Of a DNA stretch of 64,000 bases, positions 23,800 through 35,953 are shown one piece after another. The DNA lies in the NCBI RefSeq assembly GCF_963921235.1, contig NC_086101.1, positions 158,596,001 through 158,660,000 on the forward strand, read 5' to 3'. The stretch's first letter is position 1, and each line of letters opens with the position of its first letter. This DNA comes from Mobula hypostoma (taxonomy: Eukaryota). Both the position numbers and the translations under genes were made by a program. The notes beneath the pieces are model-generated. The model had not been told where the DNA came from, did not search any database, and saw only the letters and a list, made by a program, of their open reading frames with translations.

Positions 23800-25419
23800 C
23801 AGGTGTCCTCCGCTTTTTGAACGTTCGCTTTACGAAACCTCACTGGTACGAAAGATCTACATTAGTACCCTGTTTTCGCTTTCAGAAGGTGTTTTTACTG
23901 TTACACAAAGAAAGGCAGCGCGCGAAAAAATCAGCGCACGATAAAAGGCAGCGCGCACCCCGAGCAGCCGCTCTCCCCCGGATTCTCACCGGCATTGCTT
24001 AAACACGTTGCATTGAGCAACTGTTAGCAAGATGAGTTCTAAGGTGTCGGAAAAGCCTGAAAGAGCTCGTAAGGGTGTTACACTTAGCGTAAAACTAGAT
24101 ATAATTAAGCGTTTCAATCGTGATGAATGAAGCAAGGACAAACTGAGTTTGGCTTGTGGAAGCTGACGAAGATGATGTTGAAGAGGTTTTGGCATCCCAT
24201 GACCAAGAACTGATCGATGAAGAGCTGATGCAATTGGAAGAGGAAAGGATAACAATCGAAACCGAATGCAGTAGTGAAAGTGAAGTCATCCCGGAACTGA
24301 ACATGAAGCAACTGCGTGAGATTTTCGCTGCAATGATAAAGTACGACTTTAATTTTGTAAGGGTACATAGGTTTAGGGGATATTTGCAGGATGTTTTGAG
24401 TCCTTACAAACAACTGTGTGATAGAAAAATGCTCGAGGCTCAGCAGTCAAGCAAGCCTTCCACATCAGCCACAGCAGACGACGAACCTCGACCTTTGACA
24501 TCGAGGCAGGCAGTCATAGGAGAAGATGAGCTGCCTGCCCTGGTCGACGATGAGATGACACCCGTGTCCCACCACCCCAACCGCCGGACCCCGGACAGAT
24601 ACTGTACCGATTCGCGGAGAATGCAGCGGTAGCCGGGAGGCACCCAGCACATCTTTAAGAAAAAAGCCGAAATAAACACGCTAATTAATTAGGTGCCGCC
24701 TAGCACGTAATTGTCGGCCCAGATCAGTGCTGATGCAATCAGCAATCGCCTCTGATCTGCGCCGACATTTACGTGCCGGACAGCACCTAATTAATTAGCA
24801 TGTTTATTTCGGCTTTTTTCTTAAAGATGTGCTGTGTGCCTCTCAGCTACCCCTGCGTGCTTCGCAGCAATGTATCAGTTGGCGGCCTGGAGGGTGGGGG
24901 CCGCTGCACCACCCCAACTTGCGAAGACTCAGTCTAACACACCATCATCAGTGTGCTCGATGTCTTCCCAATGCCCGTTAAGTGATACTACACTGTACAT
25001 ACATTATTTCTACTTTATATAGGCTATGTATTTTTACGTGTTATTTGGTAGATTTGGCAGCTTCATAGTTTAAAGGTTACTGGAGAGCGCGTTTATGCCA
25101 ACAGTGCTTGCGTGAGATTTTCTGCTGAGAGCGCTTGCGTGAGATTTTTGCAACGGAGATCTGTGCAGTCAATCGTTGTAGAGAAGTATTTCTACTTTAT
25201 ATAGGCTGTGTATTTATCATATCATTCCTGCTTTTACTATATGTTACTGTTATTTTAGGTTTTGTGTGTTATTTGGCATGATTTGGTAGGTCATTTTTGG
25301 GTCTGCGAACGCTCACAAAATTTTCCCATATAAACGTAATTGCTTCTTTGCTTTACGACATTTCGGCTTACGAACCGTTTCATAGGAACGCTCTACCTTC
25401 GGATGGTGGGGGAAACCTG
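23800..25419 (+). mobile_element. Tigger/pogo internal-deletion element, copy 2 (inserted in a Rex 3' UTR spanning ~23460-25455)
   Basis: TA|CAGGT...ACCTG|TA; MSSKVSEKPERARKGVTLSVKLDIIKRF joined to EADEDDVEEVLASHDQELIDEEL. Confidence 0.9.
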
Positions 25420-27935
25420 TACAAGTACTTTGATAAATTTACTTTGAACTTTGAGTGGGGGAAATGAGAAGAGATACTAACTGGTAGTTATTATTGTTAT
25501 TATATTCTTGACAGCAGGGGATCTGTCTGCCTGCTTGTCAGGAAAAAGAGCAAACTCTGACTGTAGCTGAGCTGTTTTTGCTGTGTACTTAAATAATGCA
25601 ATTACATAATTTAGAATGAAATTCAAAAGACTCCAGTTTTATGAACTGGACAGAATTAAATATCCTTGTGACTTGCAAATTAAATTCAGTGCAGCAATGG
25701 GACACGAGGTCAAGTTGAAGCCTAAAAAGGTAAGGTAATGAATGATATTCAGAATACTATCTTTAAAATGCTGCCCAGGCTTGTGTACCAGTTTGCATAT
25801 CATGTAGTCAGCTAGGACACAATATTCATTGCTGACTTCAACTACTGGAGGTCCTCATCTTCAAAATCTAAAATTAAAGCATATTTTGGAGCATGGACCC
25901 TTTTCATAGATGAGAGCTAGACAGATCTTGTTGCTGGATAAAATGATAGGGACAAAGGAGCATGAGGTCATTATAATAGGAATCAAGCAGCCATGCTGAA
26001 TTGTGGTTTGATGATCAGGTTGTGTATTACTTCATTTAAAACTAAACTCTTTATTCCTCAGAGGAGCCGATTGAATCCAGTTGAAATAGTTTACTTTGGT
26101 AGAAAAAGAGAAGAGCAGAGCATTTTCAAAATGGTGAGACATTGGTAAAGGAGTAAAGACAATTTAGTAAAAATTACTTGAGGAAGGATTTAGTTTGATA
26201 GAGGGAATCCAATGAAAGTTCACCAGGTTGTTTTCTGGGATTGGAATTTTGTCCTAAGAGGAGAGATTAATTAGGCTTGGCCTATATGTGAGAAGTGATC
26301 TTATTGAAGTTATATAGTTCATATGGGAGTAGGCAGGATCGATGAAGAGGAGATATTTTTCCTGGGTAGCCAGCATAAGGAATTGCAGTCTCAAACGGTA
26401 AGACTATGAGGACAAAGAAGAGAAGACATGTATTTGCTTGGGAACAGAGAATTCCTCTACCCATGAGAACTGCAGAGACCCAGGCAATGAGTATATCCAA
26501 GACTGCCTAAATCCTGCTACTACCTATAGTAGCAGAGGGAAGATCCTCTTGCCAAGAGTCACTTTGTCCCTTTATCGTTTCTTGTCAGATACCTTATGTT
26601 CAGATACTCCTGCTCCTGGTGTCATTTTATGTACATATAATCAATCTATGTATATAATACTAATCTTATTATATACTACCACAGTTGGCAGTTATTTGTA
26701 TATTGTGTTTCATAGGATTGCTTTTGTATTTGTTGTGTTTTTCAATGCTTACTGTGTTTTAATTCTATTTGTTCTCCTTTAACTTGCATACTGAAGAATG
26801 ACAATAAACAATCTTGAATTAAAGGAAATCAATAGATTTTTTGATATCAAGGACTGTGGGTTAACTAGAGAAAGTAGCAGCAAAACAAAAGGTCAACTGT
26901 GATTTTATTAAATAGTGGAAAAAAACAGAAGTTGCTGATTGGTTTCCTCCTAGTTCTATTTTGTATGTGATGGAAAATAATTTGAGTCGATCATCTGTAT
27001 TAGAATTTGAATATGATATGAATTGAAATATAAATTTTCAGGAAGTTGTGCAATCTTCTGTGAAATCTAATCTCTTTGAAAGAATACACACCATCTTTCA
27101 CAGCAAGAAGTTATCTGGAGAATCGTAGAAACATTTCAAGAATACTCCAGGGAAACTCCTTCAAAAGATATGTCCCTACTGAGTTGTGGATATCATAGCC
27201 ATGATTTTTCAAACTGGAGAAAGAGCATTCAGGGTGACAGGTCCATTTGTTGGAAGCTTGTGGAAGCCCTGCAAAGTTTGGCAGAAAGAGGTCAGTCTCC
27301 TGTTCCCCTCACATATTCCTCCCACCCCAACTGCAACAGAGTCTGTAGATCCCACATTGGAAGCAAAGTCAATCTCAGCTCTGCGGTCCTGCCTAAAGGG
27401 GATACCATGTAGTAGCTTTAGCACAACCAGCCAAAGGATTTCCAGGCAAGTTAATGCTCACTGCGTAACATCATAAGGGTCCTACTGTTCATCAACTGAT
27501 AAGATCAAGAAAGTTAAAACACCACTGAACTTCGGTCCAGGCAATGATTCTTGACCCGAAATGTTAACTATCTATTTCTCTTCACAGATGCTGTGCGCTA
27601 AGTTCCTGCAGCAGCTAGTTTTAAAGAAATAATTATTATTGTTCTTTAGTGCTTGATTAGCTGTGCTCTATGTTTATTTATTCCACAATCGCTGCCTTGG
27701 AGAATCAGCTAGCCTTTAATTATATTTGGCAAAATGTCCCAACATGACCACACCATGATATCAGGGATACTTTTCTTGAACTGTAAACCAGATAGTCTTG
27801 TTTGCCTTCTCAAATTTGTAATTTGTTTTGCATCTATCATTCAAAATGTTCTTTTCTTAATCTCTGGTCCAGAGTGTTGTACGTATGGATGTTATTCCTG
27901 TGGCATTCTATAGATGATACTTTTCTGTTTCTTAG

Positions 27936-28014
27936 AATCTGAAGGGTTTCTTCAATGATTCAACTTCATTCAACATTTTGATGGACATGCTGTTCATGAA
28001 GGAAAGCTACGAGC
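27936..28014 (+). CDS. PTCD2: PTCD2 exon 5 (PPR motif)
   Basis: tcttag|..|gtaagt, 79 nt. NLKGFFNDSTSFNILMDMLFMKESYE. Confidence 0.96.
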
Positions 28015-29301
28015 GTAAGTGAGCATTTGGCGGGAAAATAGATTGCATGCTGTATTCTGGTCAAAGGTTTTTGTAGGTAACCGTGGATTATTTCGTCAGT
28101 GGGTTCATTCCACCATTGTCCTTCCAGTATGAAAAGTAAAGCTAGTTGTTCAAATTAATAGTAGAACATTGAATATTAAACTAGCAGTTTCCTACGTAAT
28201 ATGCAGTCGATGTTTATACTAACAAAGGTTAGTTTAAACAATGAAAAAAAATGCATATCTTGCAAAGCGTATGAATAAGCAGGCTACTTGTTTCATCCAG
28301 ATTGTGGCTCAACGGTTATAACCTCAACTACCTGCAGTAGTCTTCCTGCTGAAGGGTCTCAGCTTGAAACATTGACGGTTCTCACTTCCATATATGCTGC
28401 CTGGCTTGCTGCATTTTGTGTGTGTTACTTGGATCTCCAGCACTGCAGATTGCTTCAGTAATCTTCTTCCCCTTTACTTAACACATGTCTATTTCTTACC
28501 TGCTGTAATATTCCCCTTTATTCATCATGTCTTTTTTACCACCATATAATATTGAGACTTTCCTTCCACTACAGTTTGAAGAAGAGAGATCAAAAGTCTT
28601 TATGACCCAGTGAGAGAGGGGGAAAAATACCATGCTCATTTGAGTGGCCCCATATTTTTAAATAGTCTTGGATTCTCCATGTTCACCTGTCAAGACCAGT
28701 CTGGAACCTACACATCTAAATTAAGTCCCCTCTCACTCTTCCAAAATACAGCAGGTACACCTGTCTAAACTTTCCTGCTTATAAACTTTTGCTTCTAGTG
28801 TGTTAGCATTTTTTCTTTTAAAAATAGGATCTCCCTACTTCTGTATTCAATTGCCCTAGCAAAGAAATGGTAGGATTCTGTTAGCTTTCCTAGTTACTTG
28901 TTGTACCTTCATTCTAGCTTTAATGCAGCATGCTACCCAGGTCCATCTGCATTTCAAAGCTCTCTAATCCCTCACCAATTAAATAATGTGCCTCTATTGC
29001 CAAAACGGATTATTTACCTTGTCCTACTTGAAATTCCAGTTTGGTCTGGTAATAGATGCACCTCTTTGTCCTCCAATCTGCTCTATTCCATTCTGCGCTC
29101 GTGATGTAGCATCTATATTGGTGAAATCGGGTGTGGACTAGACCACTGTTTTGCGGAGCTCTGTCCCCAATAACCATCTTGTTTATAACTCCACTTCCCA
29201 CTATTACACTGATCTGTCCTGTGCTTTTTCTGCTATGGAGAGGCCAAGTACAAACTGAAAGAATAACATCTCATACTCTGCTGCAATGCAGTGTGATTCT
29301 A

Positions 29302-29881
29302 CGAGAGGTGATTGATAAGTTTCTGGCCTAAGGTAGAAGGTGTCAATTTCAGAAAACCTAACACATTTATTTTTCAACATAGTCCCCTCCTACATGTACA
29401 CACTTAGTCCAGAAGTGGTCCACAGCAAGGGTGATTGATAAATTTGTGGCCTAGGCTAGAAGGAGGTGCATTATTAACTTCAAACTTTCTGCATTATCAC
29501 TCAAAGACTTGAACTGCGTGTGCATGTAACAAGAGCATCCTGGACCTTCAGGTGGTCCACAGCAGGGGTGATTGATAAGTTAGTGGCCTAAGGTAGAAGG
29601 AGATGAGTTATACAGCTCTCATTACATGCACATGCAGTTCAACTCTTTGAGTGATTATGCAGAAAGATTGAAGTTAATAACTCATCTCCTTCTACCTTAG
29701 GCCACAAACTTATCAATCACCCCTGCTGTGGACCGCCTGGAGGTCCAAGACGCCAACTTCTACAAAGAAGAGATCCGTATGCTCCATGACCGCTGGACTA
29801 AGTGTGTAAATGTAGGAAAAATGAATGTGCTAGGTTTTCTAAAATTGACTCTTAGGTCACAAACTTATCAATCACCCCTCG
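29302..29881. mobile_element. Mariner-type MITE with internally reiterated TIR motifs
   Basis: TA|CGAGAGGTGATTGATAAGTTT...AAACTTATCAATCACCCCTCG|TA. Confidence 0.8.
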
Positions 29882-29974
29882 TAATGTGTTAAAACTAAAT
29901 TGTATTAGTTTTTATATGTATGTCAGGGTTAATTCATTAATTTCTGTCAATGTCTTTCTATGTTATTTGAGTAG

Positions 29975-30066
29975 GTGCCTTGGGAGTGTTATTGGAAATG
30001 AAAAATCAAGAAATAAGATTTAATAAAGACACCTACACACTTGCATTTGCTATCTGTTACAAGTTG
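29975..30066 (+). CDS. PTCD2: PTCD2 exon 6
   Basis: gagtag|..|gtaagt, 92 nt. [31 protein letters not shown]. Confidence 0.95.
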
Positions 30067-30766
30067 GTAAGTAATTTGTAAATTCATTTTACAGTTCCCA
30101 CTTTAAATCTGTTGCCACACCATGAAAAACTTGTCAGTCAGATTCGTGCTGAAGTTATTGCCAACTGGTTGCGGAGATGAGAAACTGCAAGGAAGTACTT
30201 AATCTGAAGGAATGTAAAGATAGAAAGATTGGTTAAAAAGATCAAGGCATTTTCATGCAGAATTTGTACAAGATTGAATAAAGAAATAACTGATGCATTT
30301 AAGATATTCTTGTTGTGTAGGAAAGCTCCCATTACTCTTCAGTCTTATTTATTGCATCCTGGCTTCTTCTATGCTGTTTAAAATCAGTCAAATCCACACA
30401 ACACATGTGAAGTTGTAGCCTTGGGTTGGATACTTCTGAATTTCTTAGAAATTGAGGTGCTAGATAATTTGCCAATTGTCCAGATTTAAATACTATCCCT
30501 TATGTTATTGGTACTTGGATCTGAAACCTAGCCTTATTAAGGTATTTTTTTTTCTTAGTCAAATACCTTCATTTGTTTTTTTTGTATGCTACACGTTTGT
30601 ATTACTTTGAACAGCAGCTTAACCTTCAATATATAATTGTCTGTCTATACACAGTTGAGCTAAAAAGTAATATGACTCTCCTCATGGGGTGGGGAAGCTA
30701 GGCAGGTGTGGGGCTGATGGCTGAAATTTTGTTTTCTGATGAAACATCTGAACGTTGCTCACACAG

Positions 30767-30880
30767 AATACGATTGAATCCTACAAGTTCTGTACTGCGT
30801 TGTTAGAAGAAATATTGACAAGAGGCAGTTTTGTCCCCCGTCATGCATTCTGCTTTGCAATAGCACTTGCAATCAAACAG
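30767..30880 (+). CDS. PTCD2: PTCD2 exon 7
   Basis: acacag|..|gtatgg, 114 nt. NTIESYKFCTALLEEILTRGSFVPRHAFCFAIALAIKQ. Confidence 0.94.
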
Positions 30881-32508
30881 GTATGGGTTTTCTACTCATT
30901 TTAACAGCATTGAAGTTCTACTGAATAAATTGGTTGAGACTGTTGTGTAATCCGAATAGCAGATTTCAGGAACTACAAACCAGCTCCCCTTGACATTCTA
31001 TTGTTTTGCTGTCATCGACATTCTGGGCATTGTCATGGACCAGGACTAACCAAATAGATGGCATTGCCACAAAAGCAAGTCAGAAGTTGGGGAGGTCATG
31101 ACTTTTCTTTTCCTGAAGGCCCTTGCATATTTTACAAAATACATTACGGACTATTAAGCTCCTATCTTGTAACAGCTTTAACAACATCTTAGGTGGCCAA
31201 GGTCATTTGGGACAAATCAGCCTTTCTGAGATGGGCATCTCAACCACCATCTTAAACATTACTCCATCAGGTACTTTTGCAATATTGTCACAGTTTACAA
31301 AAATGAACTGTACTAATTCAGCAAATCTTCTAACGGCTCCTCAAAAGCCCATGACTACCTCAAATTTCATCTCCATCTCCCACACCATCCTGATTTAGAA
31401 ATATATTCTCTGGAATATTGTGCACAGGTCTGGTCTGTCTATCCAAGGAAGGATAAACTTGCAAAAAAGATTGCAGCAAAGGTTTGGTTGATTTGTAGGA
31501 TGGTGGGTTTGTAACTGCAGGCTGGACACTTGCTGTCTGGAGATTTGAAGAATGAGAGGTGGTCTACTGGACGTATACAAAGTTCATTTGAAGCTTGGCA
31601 GGATAAATGCACAGATGACAATTCCCTAGGGGAAAACAAAGTAAGTATACGGTTGCTGGAAGCCAAGGGTCTGCATGGAACTACTGAAATTTCAGTCCAG
31701 GTTCTGCATGAATTCCTGGTAGTTGTTGAGATTATCTGTGGGCCACAGTCTCAAAATATGATATCAGAAATTGGGGGCTGAGGCAAAAAGAATGTTTGTT
31801 TTTACCTAAAGTGCAATAGACTCCTTTGGAATTCTGTATCATGGGGGTTGTGGAGGCACAGTTACTGAGTAGATCAATGATAGGGATGGCTGGATCTTTA
31901 AAAATCAGACCATAAGGCCATAAGATATAGGAGCAGGATTAAGCCATTTGGCCCATCAAGTCTGCTCTGCTATTTCATCCTGGCTGATCCATTTATCCTC
32001 TCAGCCGGAATCTCCTACCTTCTTTCTGTGTCCTTTCATCCCCTGACTAATAAGACGACAAGATATAGGAGCAGAATTGGGCCATTTGGCCTAATTATTG
32101 AAGTTGAGGGATATTCCTGATTTAAAATCTTGGGCTACTCTTTCCAACAACATATTGAAAGTTTTATTGCCAAAAGGATAGAAATAGGTGGCTTCATTTT
32201 CCCAGGAGACAATGATGGACAGCAAATGCTATTCCTGTCATGATTCCCAGATCTTGAAAACTATTTTGTTTCATTGAATGAAAATATTTCTTCTTTCCTC
32301 ATTCCCCTGATTTGCCTCTCTATTATGTGCAGTACCAGGTGAATGAAAACCTTGCAGTTTGATTATACAGTTAATATAAGCACACCAAGGCACAGTCAGA
32401 GAAAAATATAATGAGCTGGTCTCAGAGCTACAATAGGAATAGATCTGAGCTCAGCCCTTGTCCTTATCTACAGTCAGATGACCTGCTGACACTTGCCACA
32501 GATGCACA

Positions 32509-33234
32509 TGTAGCCCCCTGTTAAGCCTCAGGCTCACTCAACTTGCTTCCATCTAGGGGGAGCAGCCTTCAGCCCCGCCAAACTGGGTAATCAAGTTTGT
32601 GTAGATGCTGTGTGATGTACCCCACCACGCCAAATACCAGGCAGTACACCATATACGATTAAATGATTACACTTTATAGATCTTACTGGAACTACGTAAT
32701 TAATAGAGATACAATATAAAAGGAAAGTAAAAGGCGCCAAGCTTATCAAAGTTCAACCACTTCGTGCACAACCATTGGAGCTCAATTAATGGAGTCTTCT
32801 TTCCACCATTTGATGTCCTCCAAACTCCTCCAACCCTCGAATGGGACCATCCTTGGTGGTCGACCAAATGCTCCACACGAGTCTGTCCTCGTCTCCCCTC
32901 CTTGCTGAAGACCCTGAGCCTCGGACTCCTGCTCGGGGTCCGTTCTGTCACCCCACTTACAGCATCGCGTCTCCTCTCTCTGTCCCCATCGTGCCTTCTG
33001 CCCAAAGCCCTCGAAAACAATATCTTACAGACACACAGGAAAGAATAACACCTATCCCGATTGGTTAGCAAATGGATACAATTCTCGTTATCAGTAATTA
33101 TAACCTAAACAAGCTGCTAGAGAGAACCACTGTCTGAGCAGTTAACATCACAGAGAAGCCATTTTTATTATAACATAACAAAGAAGCCATTTTTATTAGC
33201 CTTAGCAGTAACATAAAAGAAGAAACCCCTTACA
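32509..33234 (-). mobile_element. Solo LTR (Gypsy-like)
   Basis: TGTAG...TTACA termini with 4-bp TSD CACA. Orientation is tentative. Confidence 0.75.
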
Positions 33235-33930
33235 CACAAGTAAGAGTGGCTTTCTTAAAGAAAAGTATAAAATCGGGACATTACGGTTGATTACACAGCC
33301 AGCATTTTGAACCAGCGAGTTGTCTTTGAAGTGATAGGAGTAGGACACTGCAATCCGTGTGAAACCGTTCCACCAATTTTGTCATGTATCCTTTTCCAGG
33401 ACTTTGACCCAAGTCAATGAGGGTGCAGGCAAAGTACTCAAGGGTTTAACCAAATAGAATTTAATTGCCGACTTAATTTTAGAATTCTGTCAGTGGGGAA
33501 AGGAGGACAAGGATGCAGAATTTTATTAGTAAAACCTATCTTATGCTGCCAATTGGAATTGGGGAATGAAAAAGAGTTTTCATGGTACAAGACATTTAGT
33601 CTTCCAAGTATGTGTGGGTAAGTTTTATTTAAAATTTATATTGTTTCAAAAACAATATCCCAATATTATGCTTTTAATTTCTCAGAACGTGGTGCAGGGC
33701 CTTCTTACAGAAATGTTTAAATTTTTAATATGAGTATTTGCAATGATGTAATTACTTTTAACTTTAAATGCTGTTTTCAATGTAGCGTTCGTTAAGGGGA
33801 AAACTGCTTCATTAGAATTATTCCTCAGAAACGTAATATTTGTTAGTGCCCCTGCAAAACTGGCATATTGCTTTTGGATGATTACTTGTTTTGATGTAAA
33901 AGCTAGTGTTTTCTTAATCTCATATTTCAG

Positions 33931-34005
33931 AATGATATTGAAAAGGCTTCGTCAGTCTTTTCACGGATTATACACTCGAACAACAACATTTGTCATAATC
34001 TTCAT
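33931..34005 (+). CDS. PTCD2: PTCD2 exon 8
   Basis: tttcag|..|gtaagt, 75 nt. NDIEKASSVFSRIIHSNNNICHNLH. Confidence 0.93.
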
Positions 34006-35953
34006 GTAAGTATCTCTGGATTCATTTGGATCATAAGACATAGGAGCATAATTAGGCCATTCAATCCATCGAGACTGTTCCACCACTTGATCTTGGCTGA
34101 TCGATTTCCCTCTCGACCCCATTCTCCTGCCTTTTTCCCCAAAATCTTTCGTGCCCTGACTAATCAAGAACCTGTTAACCTCCACCTTAAGTACACCCAA
34201 TGACCTGGCTTCCACAGCCACGTGTAGCAACAAATTCCACAGATCCACCTCATTCTAGCTAAAGAAATTTATCATTTCCATTCTAAATGGATGTCCCTTT
34301 ATCCTGAGGTTGTGCCCTCTGATTCTACACTCCCAACTATAGGGAACATCTTCTCCGCATCCATTCTCTCTTGCCTTTCAACATTCAATAGTTTTCAATG
34401 AGATCCCCCCAAATTTTTCTAAATTCTGGTGAGTATAGGCTCATAGCCATCAAATGCTCCTCATGTGATAATCCTTTCATTCCATGAACTTCCTTTGGAC
34501 TCTCTCTGATGTCAGCATATCCTTTCCTAGATTAGGGGCCCAAAACTGCTCTCAGTACTCCAAGTGAGGCCTCGTCAGTGCTTATAAAGCTTCAGCATCA
34601 CGTCTTTGTTTTTATATTCTGGTCCTCTCGAAATGAGTACTAACATTACATTTGCCTTCCTCACCACTGACTCAACCTGCAAGTTAACCTTTAGGGTATC
34701 TTGCACGAGGACTCCCAAGTCCCTTGGCACTTCAGGTTTTTGAATTTTCTCCCTATTAGAAAGTAGTCTACACTTTTATTCCTTCTACCAAAGTACATGA
34801 CCATACATTATACCATCTGCCACTCCTTTGCTTATTCTTCTAATTTGTCTTTGAGTTCTTCTGCATCATCCCTGCTTCCTCGACAATACCTGACCCTCCA
34901 CCTACCTTCATGTGGTTCGCAAACTTGGCCACAAAGTCTTCAATTCCGTCATCCAAATCATTGACATACACCATAAAAAGAAGCAATCCCAAGACTGACC
35001 CCTGCAGAATGCTACTAGTCACTGGTAGCTAATCAGAAAAGGCTCCTTTTATCCCCACTCTTTGCCACCTGCCAATCAGGCATTGCTCTATCCATGCCAG
35101 TATCTTTCCTGCAATACCATGGGCTGTTATCTTGCTAAGCAGCCTCATGTGCACATCTTGTCAAAGGACTTATGAAAATCCAAGTACACAACATTCCCTG
35201 ATTCTCCTTTGTCTTGCTTATTATTTCCTCAGGATACTGACAGATTGTCAGTCAAGAATTTCTCTGAAGGAAAACATGCTGACTCTGGCCTATTTTATCA
35301 TGTGCCCCCAAGTACCCCAAAACTTCATCCTTAACTATCAACTCCAACATTTTCCCAACTACTGAGGTCAAGCAGACTGGCCTATAATTTCCTTTCTTCT
35401 GCCTCCCTCCCTTGAAGAGTTGAGTGGCATTCACAATTTCCAGTCTTCTGGAACCATGTCAGAATCAATTGATCCTTGAAAGATCATTACTAATGCCTCC
35501 ACAATTTCAGCTACCTCTTTCAGAACCCTGGGGTGTAGTTCACTTGGTCTAGGTGACTTTTCTACCTTCATACTTTTCAGCTTTCCAAGCACATTCTCCC
35601 CAGCAATAGCAACTGCACTCTTTTCTGCCCCTTGACACTCTCGAACTTCCAGCATACTGCTAGTGTCTTCCACAGTGAAGACTTGATGCAAAATACTTAA
35701 TTCAATTCATCTTCCATTCCGGCATCATTTTCCAGTGGTTCAATACCTACTCTCACCTCTCTTTTACTCTTTATATATCTGAAGAAAAGACTTGTGGTAT
35801 CGTCTTTCTTATTATTGACTAGCTTAACTTCATATTTCATCTTTTCCTTATAGCTTTTTTAGTTGTCTTCTGTTGGTTTTTAAAAGCTTCCCAATCCACT
35901 AACTCCCCACTAATGTCCTCTCTTTTTCTTTAATGTTGGCTTTCACTTGTCAG

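Noticed and set aside
29302-29881. CRISPR-like spaced ~34-bp repeats
   Set aside because: The repeats occur in both orientations, the spacers are mutually related, and the unit is TA-flanked. It is a mariner MITE in eukaryotic DNA.
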